A stretch of 62,084 bases of DNA, filler included, from Choristocarpus tenellus KU-1152 (GCA_964200185.2; 15 parts of 15 records of this genome joined end to end with filler, not necessarily neighbours in it), one strand, 5' to 3'. Positions 1-13,135 are shown, counted from the first letter of the whole stretch. The notes: generated by a model from the sequence alone, not told the origin. Translations and numbers: made by a program.

Positions 1-395
1 AAAAAAAACAAACAAAAGAAAAAAAATGAAAGCAAAAAAGGGGGGGGGGGGAGAAAAGGAGGGGTATCAAGAAAAATATCAAGAAAAAAGAAAAAAAATG
101 ACAACAGTCATCCTGACAGTTACAGCGGTGCCAAGAAGCAGAGTACAGTGCATACATAACGCCTCCAACCATACGTCAGGGTAGTACCCCAGGTAAGGTG
201 AAGACAAAGAAGAAAAAATAGAGAAAAATAATCCTAGTATTAAAAATAGAAATAAGAACACAGTTTTTTTTTTAAACACAACTTGTTCTGCGTCAACACT
301 CACCGGAGGTAGATGGGGTTTCACAATCAAAGGAACCTATTGTCCTCTTTGGACCAGTGTGCTGCGTCCAAAACAAGAATAAAAGATTTGTTCAT

Positions 396-494
396 TAAGG
401 GTACAGAAGCCGAGTAGAGTAGATGTCCAGTAAGGGTACAGAAGCCAAGCAGAGTAGATGTCCAGTAAGGGTACAGAAGCCAAGCAGAGTAGAT
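396..494. repeat. 35-bp tandem repeat, about 2.8 copies
   Basis: Unit TAAGGGTACAGAAGCC(A/G)AG(C/T)AGAGTAGATGTCCAG starts at 396, 431 and 466. Confidence 0.9.
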
Positions 495-1210
495 CATTCA
501 AATAAAAAAAAATGGAGAAGGGTTAGGGTTGGGAACACTCCAATTTTTCCTTGGAAGTACGGTGAAGGGATGTAACTAAGTGGATCTTGGGGAGACAGGA
601 AGGTCTGAGCAAAAAAAAACACCTACTGAAGTGTTACCAATGACTAGGAGTGAGCAGCACTTCCAGGAAAATATTTTCAAACGCTTCAACTCACAATTTA
701 GAGCCATGATACCATCCCGCCATGGTATAGAAAGACCTCAGAGTGTTGTGGGCAAGTGCATACATAGGCAGAGGAGACACTATCATCAAATAGACACAGG
801 AAAGACTATCATTAAACAGACACAGGAGAGACTACTATCAAACAGGATACCACTTCCAAGGGAAAAGAAAGGAGAAAATCTCCCAAAGGGTTGGTCAAAT
901 GCCCTCAATCTCCACCGAATTCGACCCTCCTTACGTCCTGAAAGAACTGCACCTAGCACCACAAACACAACCATTGGAACAAGACCACCCAGCACTCATT
1001 GATCCAAAAAAAAATCAAAATCATTGAACAAAACTGATTATCACCTCCTCACAACCATCCCTTCGGGCGCAGGCGTCCTTCTTACTCCCTCCCCTCATCG
1101 CATCATCAACACGCCCACGGCTGTTGAAACCCCAACTACCAATAAATAGCACTATGGCATGCATAGGGTTGACACGACAACCAGCGCCAAAAAACAAAAC
1201 GCTTCATCAC

Positions 1211-1418
1211 CTGAGGAACTCCAGACAACCCCGGGCTTGCAGTGGTGAAGAAGTAGGTCCAGATGACGTCCATTTCTGACCGTCGCACCCCACCCCCCTC
1301 ATCAGCGATCTTGATTGTCACGTCCTCCTTTCCTATGGCAACAGTCACCTGCACAGGCCATGAAGAGGGTCGAACTCAGTTTGGGACACAGTCAAGTGTC
1401 TTTATAGGGGGGCAAAAG

Positions 1419-1454
<36 letters not shown>

Positions 1455-2879
1455 ACATCCCTCCGCTCTTCTCAAAGGTGTTCTCAAAGGTGTTGGTATT
1501 GTATTATCTGGCGCTTCATTAGGCAGCCTGGAGTTGGGGTGCGTCCTCTTCCATCGTCATCGCTCACAACAAAAAAAATGCCGTTGTACCTGGGGGGGTT
1601 CTCTTATGAGCACTGCATTAGCACAACCTAACCTAACCCTAACCCTAACCCTAACCCAAAAAAACAATAAAAAAGACTAATTTCGAGAGCGGACAAGGTG
1701 GACTGACGGTAACGGCGCAGTCGTCCCACTCTAAACAACGCCTTGCTGCATTTTATAACAAAGTTTGCACCCTACAAGGTGTGCGGCTCACGGGTCCGTT
1801 CCTCGTCACTCTCACCTTAAAAAAGTTACTAGATATTTGGGAATGTGCTGTACCCTGATGTAGGATGGTAGTACCTGAAATCGACAAAATGCACTTTCAA
1901 CAAAAAAAAAACACAATCCCCAACCCTTAACCCTAGCACCACTGAATAAGAAAGATGTTGTGAGCGGTGCCGTTTAAGAAGGGGGAATGTGTCATCGAGC
2001 ATTAAAAGGGGGTCGCAATGACCATCATATGGTGCATGTGACTTGACCACAGCTACTGTGGAGGTAGTTACCTTTCAGCTAAAATCTTCAAAGCTAATCA
2101 TCTCCATATTTGCTTGCAGCCCAAACTATACTTGGGAGGGGGGGGGTCCTACTTTCATCCCTTATTCATCCACACATCCTTCCCTCACCTCCCCTCTCCT
2201 TTCCTCTCCTCTCTCACCTTAACCCTCCTTCCTCGGCAAACATCAAACCTAGTCACTCCCCCCCACTCACTCAGTATTCTGTCAACACCCACCTATCACA
2301 CACCCGACCCCAAACCTCGACCCTCCCAACCAAGGTATCGAAATCCCCCGCTTCACAGGGCCCTTACCGCCTGCCTGTCCTGACCTGAGAGATATTTTTT
2401 TAAACTCTAACCCTAACCCTAACCCTAACCCTTGACTGCGAGATTCATTACAAAATATCAAAATATGCCAACAAAATATCAAGACACCAATGCATGGACA
2501 CAACACAAATAAAAGGAACAAAACTGAAAAAAACAAACAAAACAAACAAACAAAACAAAAAAACAAACAAAAAGGCTTGCGCGTAAACCCTAACCCTAAC
2601 CCTTAACCCCCAATGCCACAGTATCTACAGGGTTCGACCCTAACACCTTACATATGAAGGTGTTCCTGGCAGGCAAGGCCCTAGGTCATGCCACCCCCCA
2701 AGTGGAATCGATTGTGTTGGCAGCTCTTGACAGCTTTTGCCCCTCCCAGGCTCACCTTTACCCACGGCATGCGGAGACTGTCATCTTGTGATTCCTGGGC
2801 ATTGAGCGCCTGAATTCTGGCGCTAGCTTGTTCTGCCCTCCCCCAGCCCTGAATGGGCCCTACTGAGGCCGCCATTGAT
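1211..2879 (-). CDS. PDK: Pyruvate dehydrogenase kinase / BCKD-kinase family (GHKL ATPase domain), two internal exons, partial
   Basis: Exons 2879-2756 and 1348-1211 have AG/GT borders and join in frame: ..SMAASV..QDDSLRMPWVK|VTVAIGKEDVTIKIADEGGGVRRSEMDVIWTYFFTTA. This matches the PDK pattern PxxKVxVAxGxED(V/L)xIKIxDxGGG...YxxTTA. The 5' border of the upstream exon is less certain. Confidence 0.85.
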
Positions 2880-3269
2880 CTGTGAACATAGTCATTCCAA
2901 CCCGAAGAGGCGATAAATAACCCAAGAGTGGAGTGGGGGGAGGGGAGGTGATTAGCCATAACAAGAGCAAGAGGCTACAAAATATGAGGTGTGACATGGT
3001 GACAACAGAGCCAGGGTCTGTGGGACTGGGTAAGGGTGGGGATTGGGAAACAGGTGAGACCCATCCCTAACCCTAACCCACTACAGTCAGTAGTAAGAGT
3101 CAGAGTTACGACTATACTATTGCTATTAATGCGAGAAATTATTATTAATCATTAATCTCACATTATTATTAATCATTAATCTCACCTCGGCACCGGCTCT
3201 AACGATCAACACCCTCGGAACGCAAGCGGAGCAGAGGAAAGGGTGAAAAAGAAACGCGAGAAAACCAAC

Positions 3270-3369
3270 NNNNNNNNNNNNNNNNNNNNNNNNNNNNNNN
3301 NNNNNNNNNNNNNTTAATTAATTAANNNNNNNNNNNNNNNNNNNNNNNNNNNNNNNNNNNNNNNNNNNN
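3270..3369. other. Artificial contig linker (N44-TTAATTAATTAA-N44), representative of 14 copies
   Basis: The same six-frame-stop linker starts at 3270, 10333, 13611, 16602, 26778, 29533, 32134, 38096, 41474, 45068, 48219, 52100, 55653 and 58508. There are also 10-N gaps at 36534 and 43986. Confidence 0.98.
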
Positions 3370-3405
3370 CATATAACCCCCCTCTACCCCCTGCCACAGT
3401 CCCAC

Positions 3406-6400
3406 CTGCTCCGACTTGAAGAGCACTACTTGGTGGCACAAGTTCCCATCCTCCTCTGCCTCCCACTGCTGTCGAGCTGTGATCATCAGGTTTGGAAAAT
3501 ATAAATGAGTGCACCTCGCAGTTTTGGACCCTGTGTTTCTCATCATATCTGATTCATAGAGAGATGGTTGTGACCAAGGACGGGGGGGGGGGGGAGTATT
3601 TGCTTGTATTACTTGGTAGTGCTTTGACCTTGTAATTGATGTGTGATCGGAAAAAGTGGTAATTTGGACTTGATGTATCACTGAAATATCAAAGAACAAC
3701 AACAAAAGTACCGTGGAAATATCAAGCAATTATTCGACCTTGAACATGTAGATATTGTAACAAACAAGACACATCATCAAAAATGGCCTGATTGAAAAAC
3801 AAAACGTGGCACACCAGTTTCTTGATGAAAATTACAGATTGCAGTAGATGAGTGAGCTGAAAGATCACAGAACAGGAGTGGGTGTGCATGTGGCATAGAC
3901 GGTTGTGTTTTTCGCAGGATAGGGGGGTATTCAAAGCCCCATCTCTGCACAGAAGTTGATACCCCATACATGAAGAGCAGCATGTATGACTGACTAACTG
4001 CCTGTGTAATGGAGTAAGACCAATATATTGTAATCATCTAAAGACAAATAGGCTTCAGAGAGCAAGCAGTCTTGCCCACATCTCTACACTGTATTCTTTC
4101 TGCTCCATCCATGCTCAGCATTTAAATGACCAAAACATGTTTTATAGTACACAACCTAACAAGTAGGGCATTGCAATCTTACCTCCTTGAGACTAACTCT
4201 AGGGGTACATAGTATTGTGGGAGGCTTAGTCAGAGGATCGAATGCAAGGGCATCACTTGTCTTGGCCACGATGTCATAATCTCACTACTTTGTGCACTGA
4301 TATCAACAACTGCAAATCATAGAACAATAGAACATGCCCCTTATGTGCATGCAAATAATATGTCTAAAATCCCTTGGTAGCTAACTCCAATTTGCTCTAA
4401 AAAAATGTAGCAACAACATACAACGGTCACACCTGATCGGTTGTTCAACACATGTGATTTTGCAACATTTCAAGAAATTGCCAAAAGTCATCACAGATCC
4501 TACCCTGGGTAACCTTGCAGCAACTGATGAATGACCACCTCCATGAAGACTCCATGGGATACCACAAACACATGGCCGTCCCCCCGGCGCAGCACGCTAT
4601 CTAGGAACTTCGCTGCACGGTTGGCAAGGTGGGTCATATCTTCCCGGCAATCTGCATTCCACATTGTATCCTGGAGCACATAATACAGAGCAGGGTTAAG
4701 GAATAGGACCTCAGGAATGGTATACATTTTAAAAAAGAGAGGAGGCTGGGTCAGGAGAAGAAAGAAGAATTGTGGAGCTACAGTGAGCTATAGACTATTG
4801 TGGATTCACAAGGGATTGAGGGGAGGTGGACAAGTAGGACGGGAAATCACGCATTGGTATTAGTATCAGCATTAGCAATATTATAAGTTAACACCCACAG
4901 GTGACCACTTTGATACATGCACCGAGGGGAGTGTGATCGTGCTCGCTCCTTGGGATGGCCAGATCAATGTGTTCTGAAGGGGGACAGAGTGAATGCCGAA
5001 TTAGGAGATGGATGAAGAGGAAGAAGCACACATGAAATGACATCACAGAGCACCACAAGAAATTCGGCAACAGAAACCACAACAGAAAAGGTTGGTCTCC
5101 TCCTCACAAAGCAAGACCTACAAATGTGTCATTTCACAAGGACAAGCATCCCCCATCCTAGGCTTTCTTGCCATGCTGCCTATCTATCCTCCCAAAATTT
5201 CGTAGGCAAATGCATGCTCGCACCATATCTTCCATCAGACTGAGGTCGACCACGCCATCAAACTTATTCACAAGTTCCGGCTTGTCCTGGTGGCGGTCAC
5301 AGGGGAAGCGACCATATGCTTCCCTGATTTCTGGGAGCACCACGATTGGAATCTGTGGTGCACACACAAATGGTGATAAAGAAGTTCACAATGGACAAAA
5401 GCGTTCAACCATTCTGCTGAAGTCATTCCTCAACTGAGAATGAGATTTTGGAGTTCTTTTGGTGTGTCCACCTACTGTGAACCAAAAGTACAATAGTGTA
5501 GCAGTAGTGAGACATGAACAACACCAAAATCACACACAGATTTATGCCACATACTCCAGTGGGCTATTGTCAATCAATACTCAGTCAGTCAAGATGTGAC
5601 ACTCACATACACACTGCCCCCTTGTTTGTAGTCCCCACAATATATCTACCCCTGCTTGAGACCATCACACTCAATGGGAAAATGTTGACTTCTGCTTAAC
5701 AAAAAACGTACAAAAACAACCCAAAAGAAAAAGTACCTCATGCCTGAATTTATAGCAACATGCAAACAAAGTCAAAGCCTAGCTCTATTGAGAAATAAAC
5801 TCAAAGGTACAACACAGAAGTGCACACTACACTGCACAAGGAAATCACTAGAGAGTATTTCTTCTCCATGGTGATCATAGATAATGCGTGTCATCTCTGG
5901 TGTAGCAGGCAGTGATGCTGAAGTGGTGCGACAATCAGGGCTCACCCCAGTCCCCTCGAACATGGCAATTGCTGTTTGAATCGCTCTTGTCAGTGGTGAG
6001 GTTAGCACGATGTCCGGAGTAGGTTGCAACCCCTGTAGCGTATCTCGAGCATCATGAACCATGGAGAAGCCACGGTCAGACAAGCTGAACAGTTGGGGAG
6101 ATGCAAATGTGAGACGGGAATGGATGGTTTGTAGCCCAAGAACTGACATGCCACTGCCTAACTCCACTCAGTCAAACAGGGCAGTGAGCATTTGCAATGT
6201 TGTAGATATTCGTTATGTACTATAGAGATACTCTGTAACTCATTGTTAGTAGCTCACAACGCAGATGACGAAGCTTCCCCTTTCTAGACCAATGGAAATC
6301 ATCACAGGCCACGTCCAACCCAAAACGGTATCCAGATTCAGGGCTGGAAGCATCCTGGCCTCATCCAGGTCAATCAACAGGTGGGAAGTGTGACTAGCAA

Positions 6401-6818
6401 GGAATACCTCACAGAATATGAAGTGTGCCTGAACCCTTTATTAAGGGCATCCTGCCAAAAATTGGTAATATCAAGTTTTCCTACCGAATGCAACACACAG
6501 ATCGAAATTGTAATTTGTCATCATCCTACGATGTATCTCTTCGACCTGACCAAACGGCATGAACTAGGCCCCGATAGAATAGTGTGGGCTCCATCCTATC
6601 AAAATCTGGACCTAAGGAATGGATGCCCCTCCTGAGAATTTTTCCTCGAGGCTGATGTTCTATCGGCGCTCGTCCTCCTACCTAGCATCCGCATACGCTT
6701 CGCACAGATACACTGATTCCAAGTCATTCGGCCCTGACCGTGCCGCTGCTTCGTTATGTACTGCAATCGAATGACGCATAAAGGAGACTGCAGATTGTCT
6801 CATCGTGTGCCCCGACAT
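3406..6818 (-). CDS. Histidine phosphatase / phosphoglycerate-mutase-family protein, 5 exons (3' end uncertain)
   Basis: Phase-compatible exons 6818-6682, 6084-5946, 5352-5224, 4670-4504 and 3530-~3406 give MSGHTMRQSAVSFMRHSIAVHN...DASLSDRG...DIVLTSPLTRAIQTA...LPEIRE...PCD...FVVSHGVF...VQNCEV. These are the RHx, SPLxRA, E, SHG and NCE motifs of branch-1 histidine phosphatases. Confidence 0.88.
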
Positions 6819-7221
6819 CTTCCCAGGTTTCGACGATGGTCTTAGCCTTTGAAATTCAAAAGACTAGCAAATGGAGTACATGGCTCCGCAATCGATCTAT
6901 GTCACCAGCATAGTAGTGAAGGTGCCAGTATCAGGAATCTCTTGTTGGTTGCCATCTACGGTTTGTAGTATTTTTTAGTATTTATGTTGTGTTTTTGATT
7001 TTTTAAAACTTCTTACTACTCTACCATCATTATATATTGTATTATTTGGGATAAGTTGGTTGATAATCCCGAACCTAAGGTTAGAGATACTACATCCTGG
7101 TGTAGTAGGTACCATACTAACTGGTAACACTAAATCCTGTTCCAGGCAATATTTCCACAAGGAGGGCAGAAGGTGGCTAAGAAAAGACAACATGTGATTT
7201 GTTTCTAAACCGTAGGTGTCC

Positions 7222-7640
7222 CTGTCACGAAGGTATGACACAAGGAGAAAGGAGAAGAGACTGAGCATTATTTAGGCTCAGTAGTACCTTGAGAACAAAA
7301 GAAGGGTGGGACAATCCAGATATTTGCAATCTTAGGGAGTTGTGAACAAGACCACACTGGGGATGGCAAAGGGAGGGAAGGGATTGCTACATACGGATGA
7401 GTGGGGCACAATGCCCTACTAAATTTGGTCACAACGAGGGGATATACTTTCTATGATACTACTATTTCTATGTCATTGTGAGACATTTTTTTTGTTTTTG
7501 TTTATTTGCGTTCAAATTCTGAAAGAGGAGGAGTTTTTCTATTACAGTACCCTATTTTTAGGTTAATGTGATTTTTTGTCTGTAATTTTTTGTGTCCATG
7601 ACTCTGAAAGGGGGGGTCATTGTAGGACAATTTTTAATGT
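7222..7640 (+). repeat. Dispersed repeat (possible LTR remnant), homologous to 28874-29460
   Basis: Shared blocks TGTCAxGAAGGTxTGACACAAG..GGAGAAGAGACTG..CACACTGGGGATGG..ACATACGGATGAGT..ATTTGGTCACAAC occur on two different contigs. Confidence 0.6.
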
Positions 7641-9640
7641 GAATGTGAGACTTTGGCGTGGGAGATCTTCTCTTGAACTTTAAGTCAGATGCAGAGTGAA
7701 TGCCACAAGGTGCAAGTGTCATGCTAGCATATCTGTCGTCAGGACAACGTTGGAAGGGGTTTTCCTTCAGGTTTTCTCCTCCACTGGATCCCCGATGCTG
7801 CCTACTCATATGTTTGGATCTGGAAGTGACATTCATTTCATTTATGCTAAGTTCATGATAGGATAAGGAGAGATATTTTATTTCCTCGTTCGATCACCTG
7901 CTCTTCACATTGAAGCAGTTATGCTTCACACTGGGGGGCATGTCAGAGCCGATGGGTCTTAATGGTGGTTTCATAAACACCATTATGAGCTTGAAGTCCT
8001 AGATGACATATATTGGAGCTACATATTCCATCAAGGTAAACTGCTGGGAACATTTAAAAACATTCTATTATAGGATACGGTTATGTATCGGCATAGTTGA
8101 TTGAGAGTGCACAGATTGGTTTGAAGTCCGGCAAGGCCAACAGCAAGGGTATGTTCTCTCCCTCTTCCTGTATCATCTCCACCCCTGCAGTGCTAACCAC
8201 AACAGTTGATGAGGAGCTCAACTCTGACCCGAACATCTCCAAGGATGTTATAGTCATCAAGAGAGCTGCAAAAACAAGACAAGCAGCAACTAGAGTGGGG
8301 TAAATCTTGAGCGGTGCATGTGGGATGTGCTTTATGCTAATAATGTTGGCATTGTGTCTAAGACCCAAGTATCTTTGGTCAAGTTGATGACATTAGTGGT
8401 AGTGAGTGTGTCCTGGTCATTCGGGTTGACTGTGTCTGAGCTTAAGACATATGTGCCTTCAGTCCCCCAACAAGGTCAGGCTTTAGACCAGACCTACAAG
8501 CAAACTGTCAGGTTTGTTACATTGGAGGCACCATCAAAGATGAAGATTATATTTTACCACCGAGATTGGTTGACAGGATAAAAAAGCATGGGGGGGTTGT
8601 TTCCTCAAGTACAACCAAGTTCTTTATGACAGATCTACTGATTTGGATTCTCAAGGCTGAAGTGGTTGAGGTTCTGTTATATGGTTGTGCGACATGGACA
8701 CTCCGCCAAGGCATTGATGTATATGGAGAACTTATAGATAGAAAACGGAAACAAGGTGAACAGAAGAACAGATTGGTGGATGCACCTCCAAGACATCTTT
8801 GAAAAATTAGGATCACAGTTGGTTGAGGGATGAAGTATAAGGGCAACAAACAACAAGAGAGCGAATATGTGCTTGACAAACAACAAAAACCATTAGACGT
8901 GGACTTCTCTCTTTGTAACTAAGCTGAGATATTTCTGTTTCCTTTTGTTTCCTTTCACTGCCGTAGTTGTTCTTCTATGGTCAATGACTTTACATTTTTT
9001 TTAATATACTCTCGCTCAAATGTGCAAAACACTGTTAATAGCTGTGACATAATACCTTACTATTATTAGATCAAAGTATCTGGGGAGGGTGGCAACTGTC
9101 CATTCGGGGCTCCTTTTTCCATGTCGCGATTTTTGCGTGATTTGGTTGCATGCATCAGATGGACAATGTATATGCACTTTTCCTGATTTTGGCCCACATG
9201 GACACCCTGGTGTCGCCCCCTCCCCCCCCCTCAGATACTTTGAGCCTTATTACTATTATCATTTTGTGAAGCTGAACATAGCTATTAAAGCATACAAGGA
9301 TGACCCTTATACCTTCTCAGCATCCCCTCCGTTAGTGTTAGCTTTGGTTTAGTACAGCCAATTTCATCCATTCATGCATGACCTTGATACCTACCTCTTC
9401 CGATTTCAATCCAAAACCTCCCCCAGTGTTGGCATAGGTGCTTATCATAGACCGCAAGGGATGGCCTTTATTCTCCCCACGAGCCTTGACATCACTGCTG
9501 GATAATTCAAGATTAGAACTCGTGTTTGCTTGATATAACAGTGGTTCCCATCCACATCGATTACTTCTGTCAATTCTCCCTTCTCCGAGTACGCCTTGCT
9601 GTTCTCGGCACCCTTGGGAAGTTATGTGTGACATGGTGGT
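7558..9640 (-). CDS. Possible exons of an uncharacterised gene
   Basis: Open stretches with splice-like borders: ~9640-9395 ending GLKSEE|gtagg, and ~7998-7898 (DFKLIMVFMKPPLRPIG..KS) in phase with ~7820 onward (RSKHMSRQHRG..). No family recognised. Confidence 0.25.
8085..8800 (+). mobile_element. Degenerate RTE-clade non-LTR retrotransposon, RT fragment
   Basis: Frameshifted WDVLYANNVGIVS (decayed YADD), FGLTVSELKT and LKAEVVEVLLYGCATWTL, typical of RTE-clade RT. Confidence 0.8.
9068..9247. mobile_element. MITE family B, complete ~180-bp copy
   Basis: TIRs CAAAGTATCTGGGG... and ...CCCCTCAGATACTTTG, flanked by TATT on both sides. Confidence 0.8.
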
Positions 9641-10432
9641 TCAGGATACAAAGGACAGTTACACTGCCAACCACTGAGCCGAGTATGTGTTCTGTGTGAT
9701 TTGGCTAAGGAGGTGATGTGCCTCAAGCAGATTCAGCTCTTGCCAGCTAATCACAACTAATATTCTGGGTAATAGTGCATAACTGTGGGCAAACTTGTAA
9801 GTAGCAAGTGCCATAGTCACGAGAAAATAGGCCCTCACATTGGTGAGGGGGTCCTATTGAAGAAAAAAAAACGGTTGCGGCTAATATCATACACACTTAT
9901 GCACAGATGATGCATGGAACAACCCAATAACCAGCCTTGGACTACTTGGTTAAAAGTTAATCGTGATTAATCAGACACAGTTGATTACAATCAGCACGAG
10001 TTCAAAACTCTAGACATCCCACCATGCAAGGCAGCTGGAAAGGGAACAATTCGGGCTGGATATATGAAGACTAGGATCCAGCACAAGGATAAATTTACAA
10101 AATTTCTACGAAGCCCCAAATGGATTTCCCTGTGAGGATGATCGTGTGTATAGACTAGAACTTGGATGATTGGCGGAAAGGAAGGGTTTGATTTGGTATG
10201 AGCGATAAATAGAAGGAGTTGTTCATCCTTCTGCATATTCAGAAGATGGGAGTGCATCTACATTATATGTTGACCCAAAGTATATTTAGGGGGGGGGGGG
10301 AGGGTCGACACCAGGGTGTCCATTTGGGTAAANNNNNNNNNNNNNNNNNNNNNNNNNNNNNNNNNNNNNNNNNNNNTTAATTAATTAANNNNNNNNNNNN
10401 NNNNNNNNNNNNNNNNNNNNNNNNNNNNNNNN

Positions 10433-10720
10433 TACACCATTGCTGGCGGGTGAATGGGTGAGGTGGGAGGTGGCCTGTACCTCTGCGAAGGTGATGTCCA
10501 GTAGGAGACCTTTGTCCCTGTAGGGAGCAGTTCCAGCATCTGCTAGTGCCCCTGCGTGAAACACCAGATCCATGCGAAGATTTCGGTCCACAGTGAAAGG
10601 GCTACCGTCCTCCGTAGTGCAAGGGATGCCCATCCCCTTGCATAGTTGGTGTAGGCGTTTCACCATTGGCGTGTGCTGCTGTACCTGTCCGCATATATAT
10701 TGATGACGACCACTTCCTTT
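10433..10720 (-). mobile_element. CRE/R2-like non-LTR retrotransposon, C-terminal restriction-like endonuclease fragment
   Basis: HQYICG..QQHTPMVKRLHQL...E.GSPFTVDRNLRMDLVF..G.L.DA....YRDKGLLLDITFAE. This is the H..C, H and R(P/M)D...D(I/V)T pattern of restriction-like endonuclease domains. Truncated by the linker. Confidence 0.75.
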
Positions 10721-12570
10721 TTCATGTATTGAAATGCGCTGCATATCACTACTTGAGCCTTTTTTGTTGCTCTTTCTGATGGTGACGAGTTTCTTGGTTG
10801 TGCTTTCGTGCTTCCTTGGGACTTGCTGGTACTCACTCAGCAAGTAGAAACGAGGAGTGAGATGGTACTTCTTTATGGTTGTGGGAAGACGGAATGTGAT
10901 GCACATCATCTTTGCTGAAGTCAAGATTAGTCAACGGATAAAATCCATTGAATGCACTTTTTCTATTACTGCTACTATCTATTATATTTAATGCAGACAA
11001 TAACAACACTCAAGTACGACAAAAGTACTCTGCTCCGAACTCAACTTTCTAAAGCAGGCATCTCGACTCTATGATCACTGACTACACAAGAACAAGAGGG
11101 TTCGCGAAGTTGCATAAGAAATGTAGGCACTTGTAGCAGAGCTAAACAAGGTTTTTCACTTATCCTTTTCCACCTCTTCTGTGAAATAAAATACTCACTC
11201 GAGATAATATTAATATGTTACTCTGCGCATCCCTCGTTACTTTCGGATGTATGTTGACTTCATCTTGTCACACCCACCTACACTATCCTGCCACTCAATG
11301 TAAGACAATCAAATATCACATCTACATACACTTTGTACAACATACTGGGTAAGGATTCATCACAGAGCAGGGAGAGGAAGGTGGTTAAGTTATTTCTGCC
11401 CTCAGAATACTGGTACGACATCACCCTCAGCTGCTAACACCAAACGTTCAAGTGCTCTGACCGTCCCACTAATAATCCTCTACTCCATACTCTATCACCT
11501 CTAACAAAACACCAACTGCTTTGTTGGAATTCTCAAAAAATGGTGATGGAAAACCGCACCAAAATCCATACTAACAAGTCTTCATAGTGCTCCAACCCAG
11601 ACAAACCACATACACATATCTCCATCTCTTTAACAAACAAGGTCCAAAAATCGCTTGGCTGTGGGTCCAAAACTTGTCAACCAGGGTCTGTGCCTTTACG
11701 GCCTTTATCCCATTATCTTAGCCCTTTCCTGAGCACCAGAATTCAAAGCTACGTAGCAGCTGTGCCTTGGAGATTACAGCTACCCAAAAAACTCCCCAGA
11801 AGGAGCTCGCTAAGGAGCTTGCTCCACCAAAAATGATTGATCAATCCATACTACAGTAGAGCACATCATGCATAGGGTAGGAGTCAATTAACGATCCCGT
11901 TGGTTCACATAACAGAACAAACACAGTACGGTCAATATGGAGGGGTACAAATGCCAGGGGAAGAATTCATAGTGGCAAAAGCATGCCTGCTACAGCGCAC
12001 AGAATTCTCACCATGCCCCCTCTACCTGAAGCACACACAAGCACAAGCACAAGCACAAGCACAAGCACAAGTACACATACAATTCTACCACAGAGTTCAG
12101 CGGAAGGTTGACCTTCGCTCGGTGTTCCACAGGGTGTGACTAAATGAAAGTTTACCTTTTTAACAGGCGGTTCACAAAATCGAAGTTAGGGTTGGGAGTA
12201 CACTTTGGGCAGTTCCCTCATAGGGGATATCCTCCACCTGCATCTTACCACAAGTCTGTCATCCATAGTGTTGCTCCCCTGGTCGCTGGGCTGGGACTGT
12301 AGAGGCAATGCTGCCGTAACAGGGACCTATATCCTACGATTTTTTGGCCTTGCTCAACTAGCACCGGCACGCTCTTCATTTTGAGGACAATTCACCCAGT
12401 TGAAGTGGGGCATACTATGGACTTAGTTTGCCCATTGAATGATGGGATCCCGCTCACATACACATATACATAAACATATATATATATGCATGGTATCACC
12501 AATTCCTAGAGGAGGCAGCAGTGTTGGGCAGCCACATTCACAATATAAGGTGGGAGTACATTCAGGGGAC

Positions 12571-13135
12571 CTATTCCAGGAAGGGGTTTTCACAGGCATG
12601 CTCCTTGCAATAATCCCTGTAATAGAGGAGGAGGGACATGGGCTGGCCCACAATGCAAAACAGAACCCAGAAGATCCAGTTTCCGGTCTAAGAAATGCAG
12701 AGGACCCCGAGAAACATAAAAAAAAATGGAGGTGAGGACACAGGGAAGGAAGGCGTTGTTGACTGGTGCATTCATTGAAGATATGCCAAGAGATTGATTG
12801 GGGAAGAGGGTGCGGCCAAATGTGGATGTATACATCATTGAAGATAATTGTGGACAGTTTTATCCAACCTCCTCCCCCATCACAAGGCTTACCTTGAGAC
12901 TACTGCTTCTTAATTCCATCCCTGACGCAGCCTTGAGGCATACAAAAACGAAATTCAATGCGGTAGGTTGTAATTGTGTTGACAAGCCAGAGCATGAAGG
13001 CGATGCAGACAGTTCAAACGCATAAAACATCTCTTCCTTCATACATCCAATTGGAGTTGGCTGTTCTTTGAAGATCTTGCACCTGCACAGAAATGTCCTG
13101 CAGGATTTTCTGTTTGAACGACTGAATAAAGTGGC
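12571..13135 (-). CDS. DGAT1: Diacylglycerol O-acyltransferase 1 (MBOAT), terminal exon(s)
   Basis: Exon 12687-12571 after cttag reads TGNWIFWVLFCIVGQPMSLLLYYRDYCKEHACENPFLE*, the DGAT1 C-terminal GNxxFWxxFCxxGQPxxxLLYYxD signature. A probable preceding exon ends at 13083 (..HFIQSFKQKILQDISVQ|gt). Absent from the ORF track. Confidence 0.85.

Noticed and set aside
3314-3325. Recurrent TTAATTAATTAA palindrome between N runs
   Set aside because: Artificial six-frame-stop contig linker; not biological.
12893-13135. 81-codon open stretch with AG/GT borders (ATLFSRSNRK...SSLK)
   Set aside because: No resemblance to DGAT1; a shorter exon in another frame ending at 13083 fits better.
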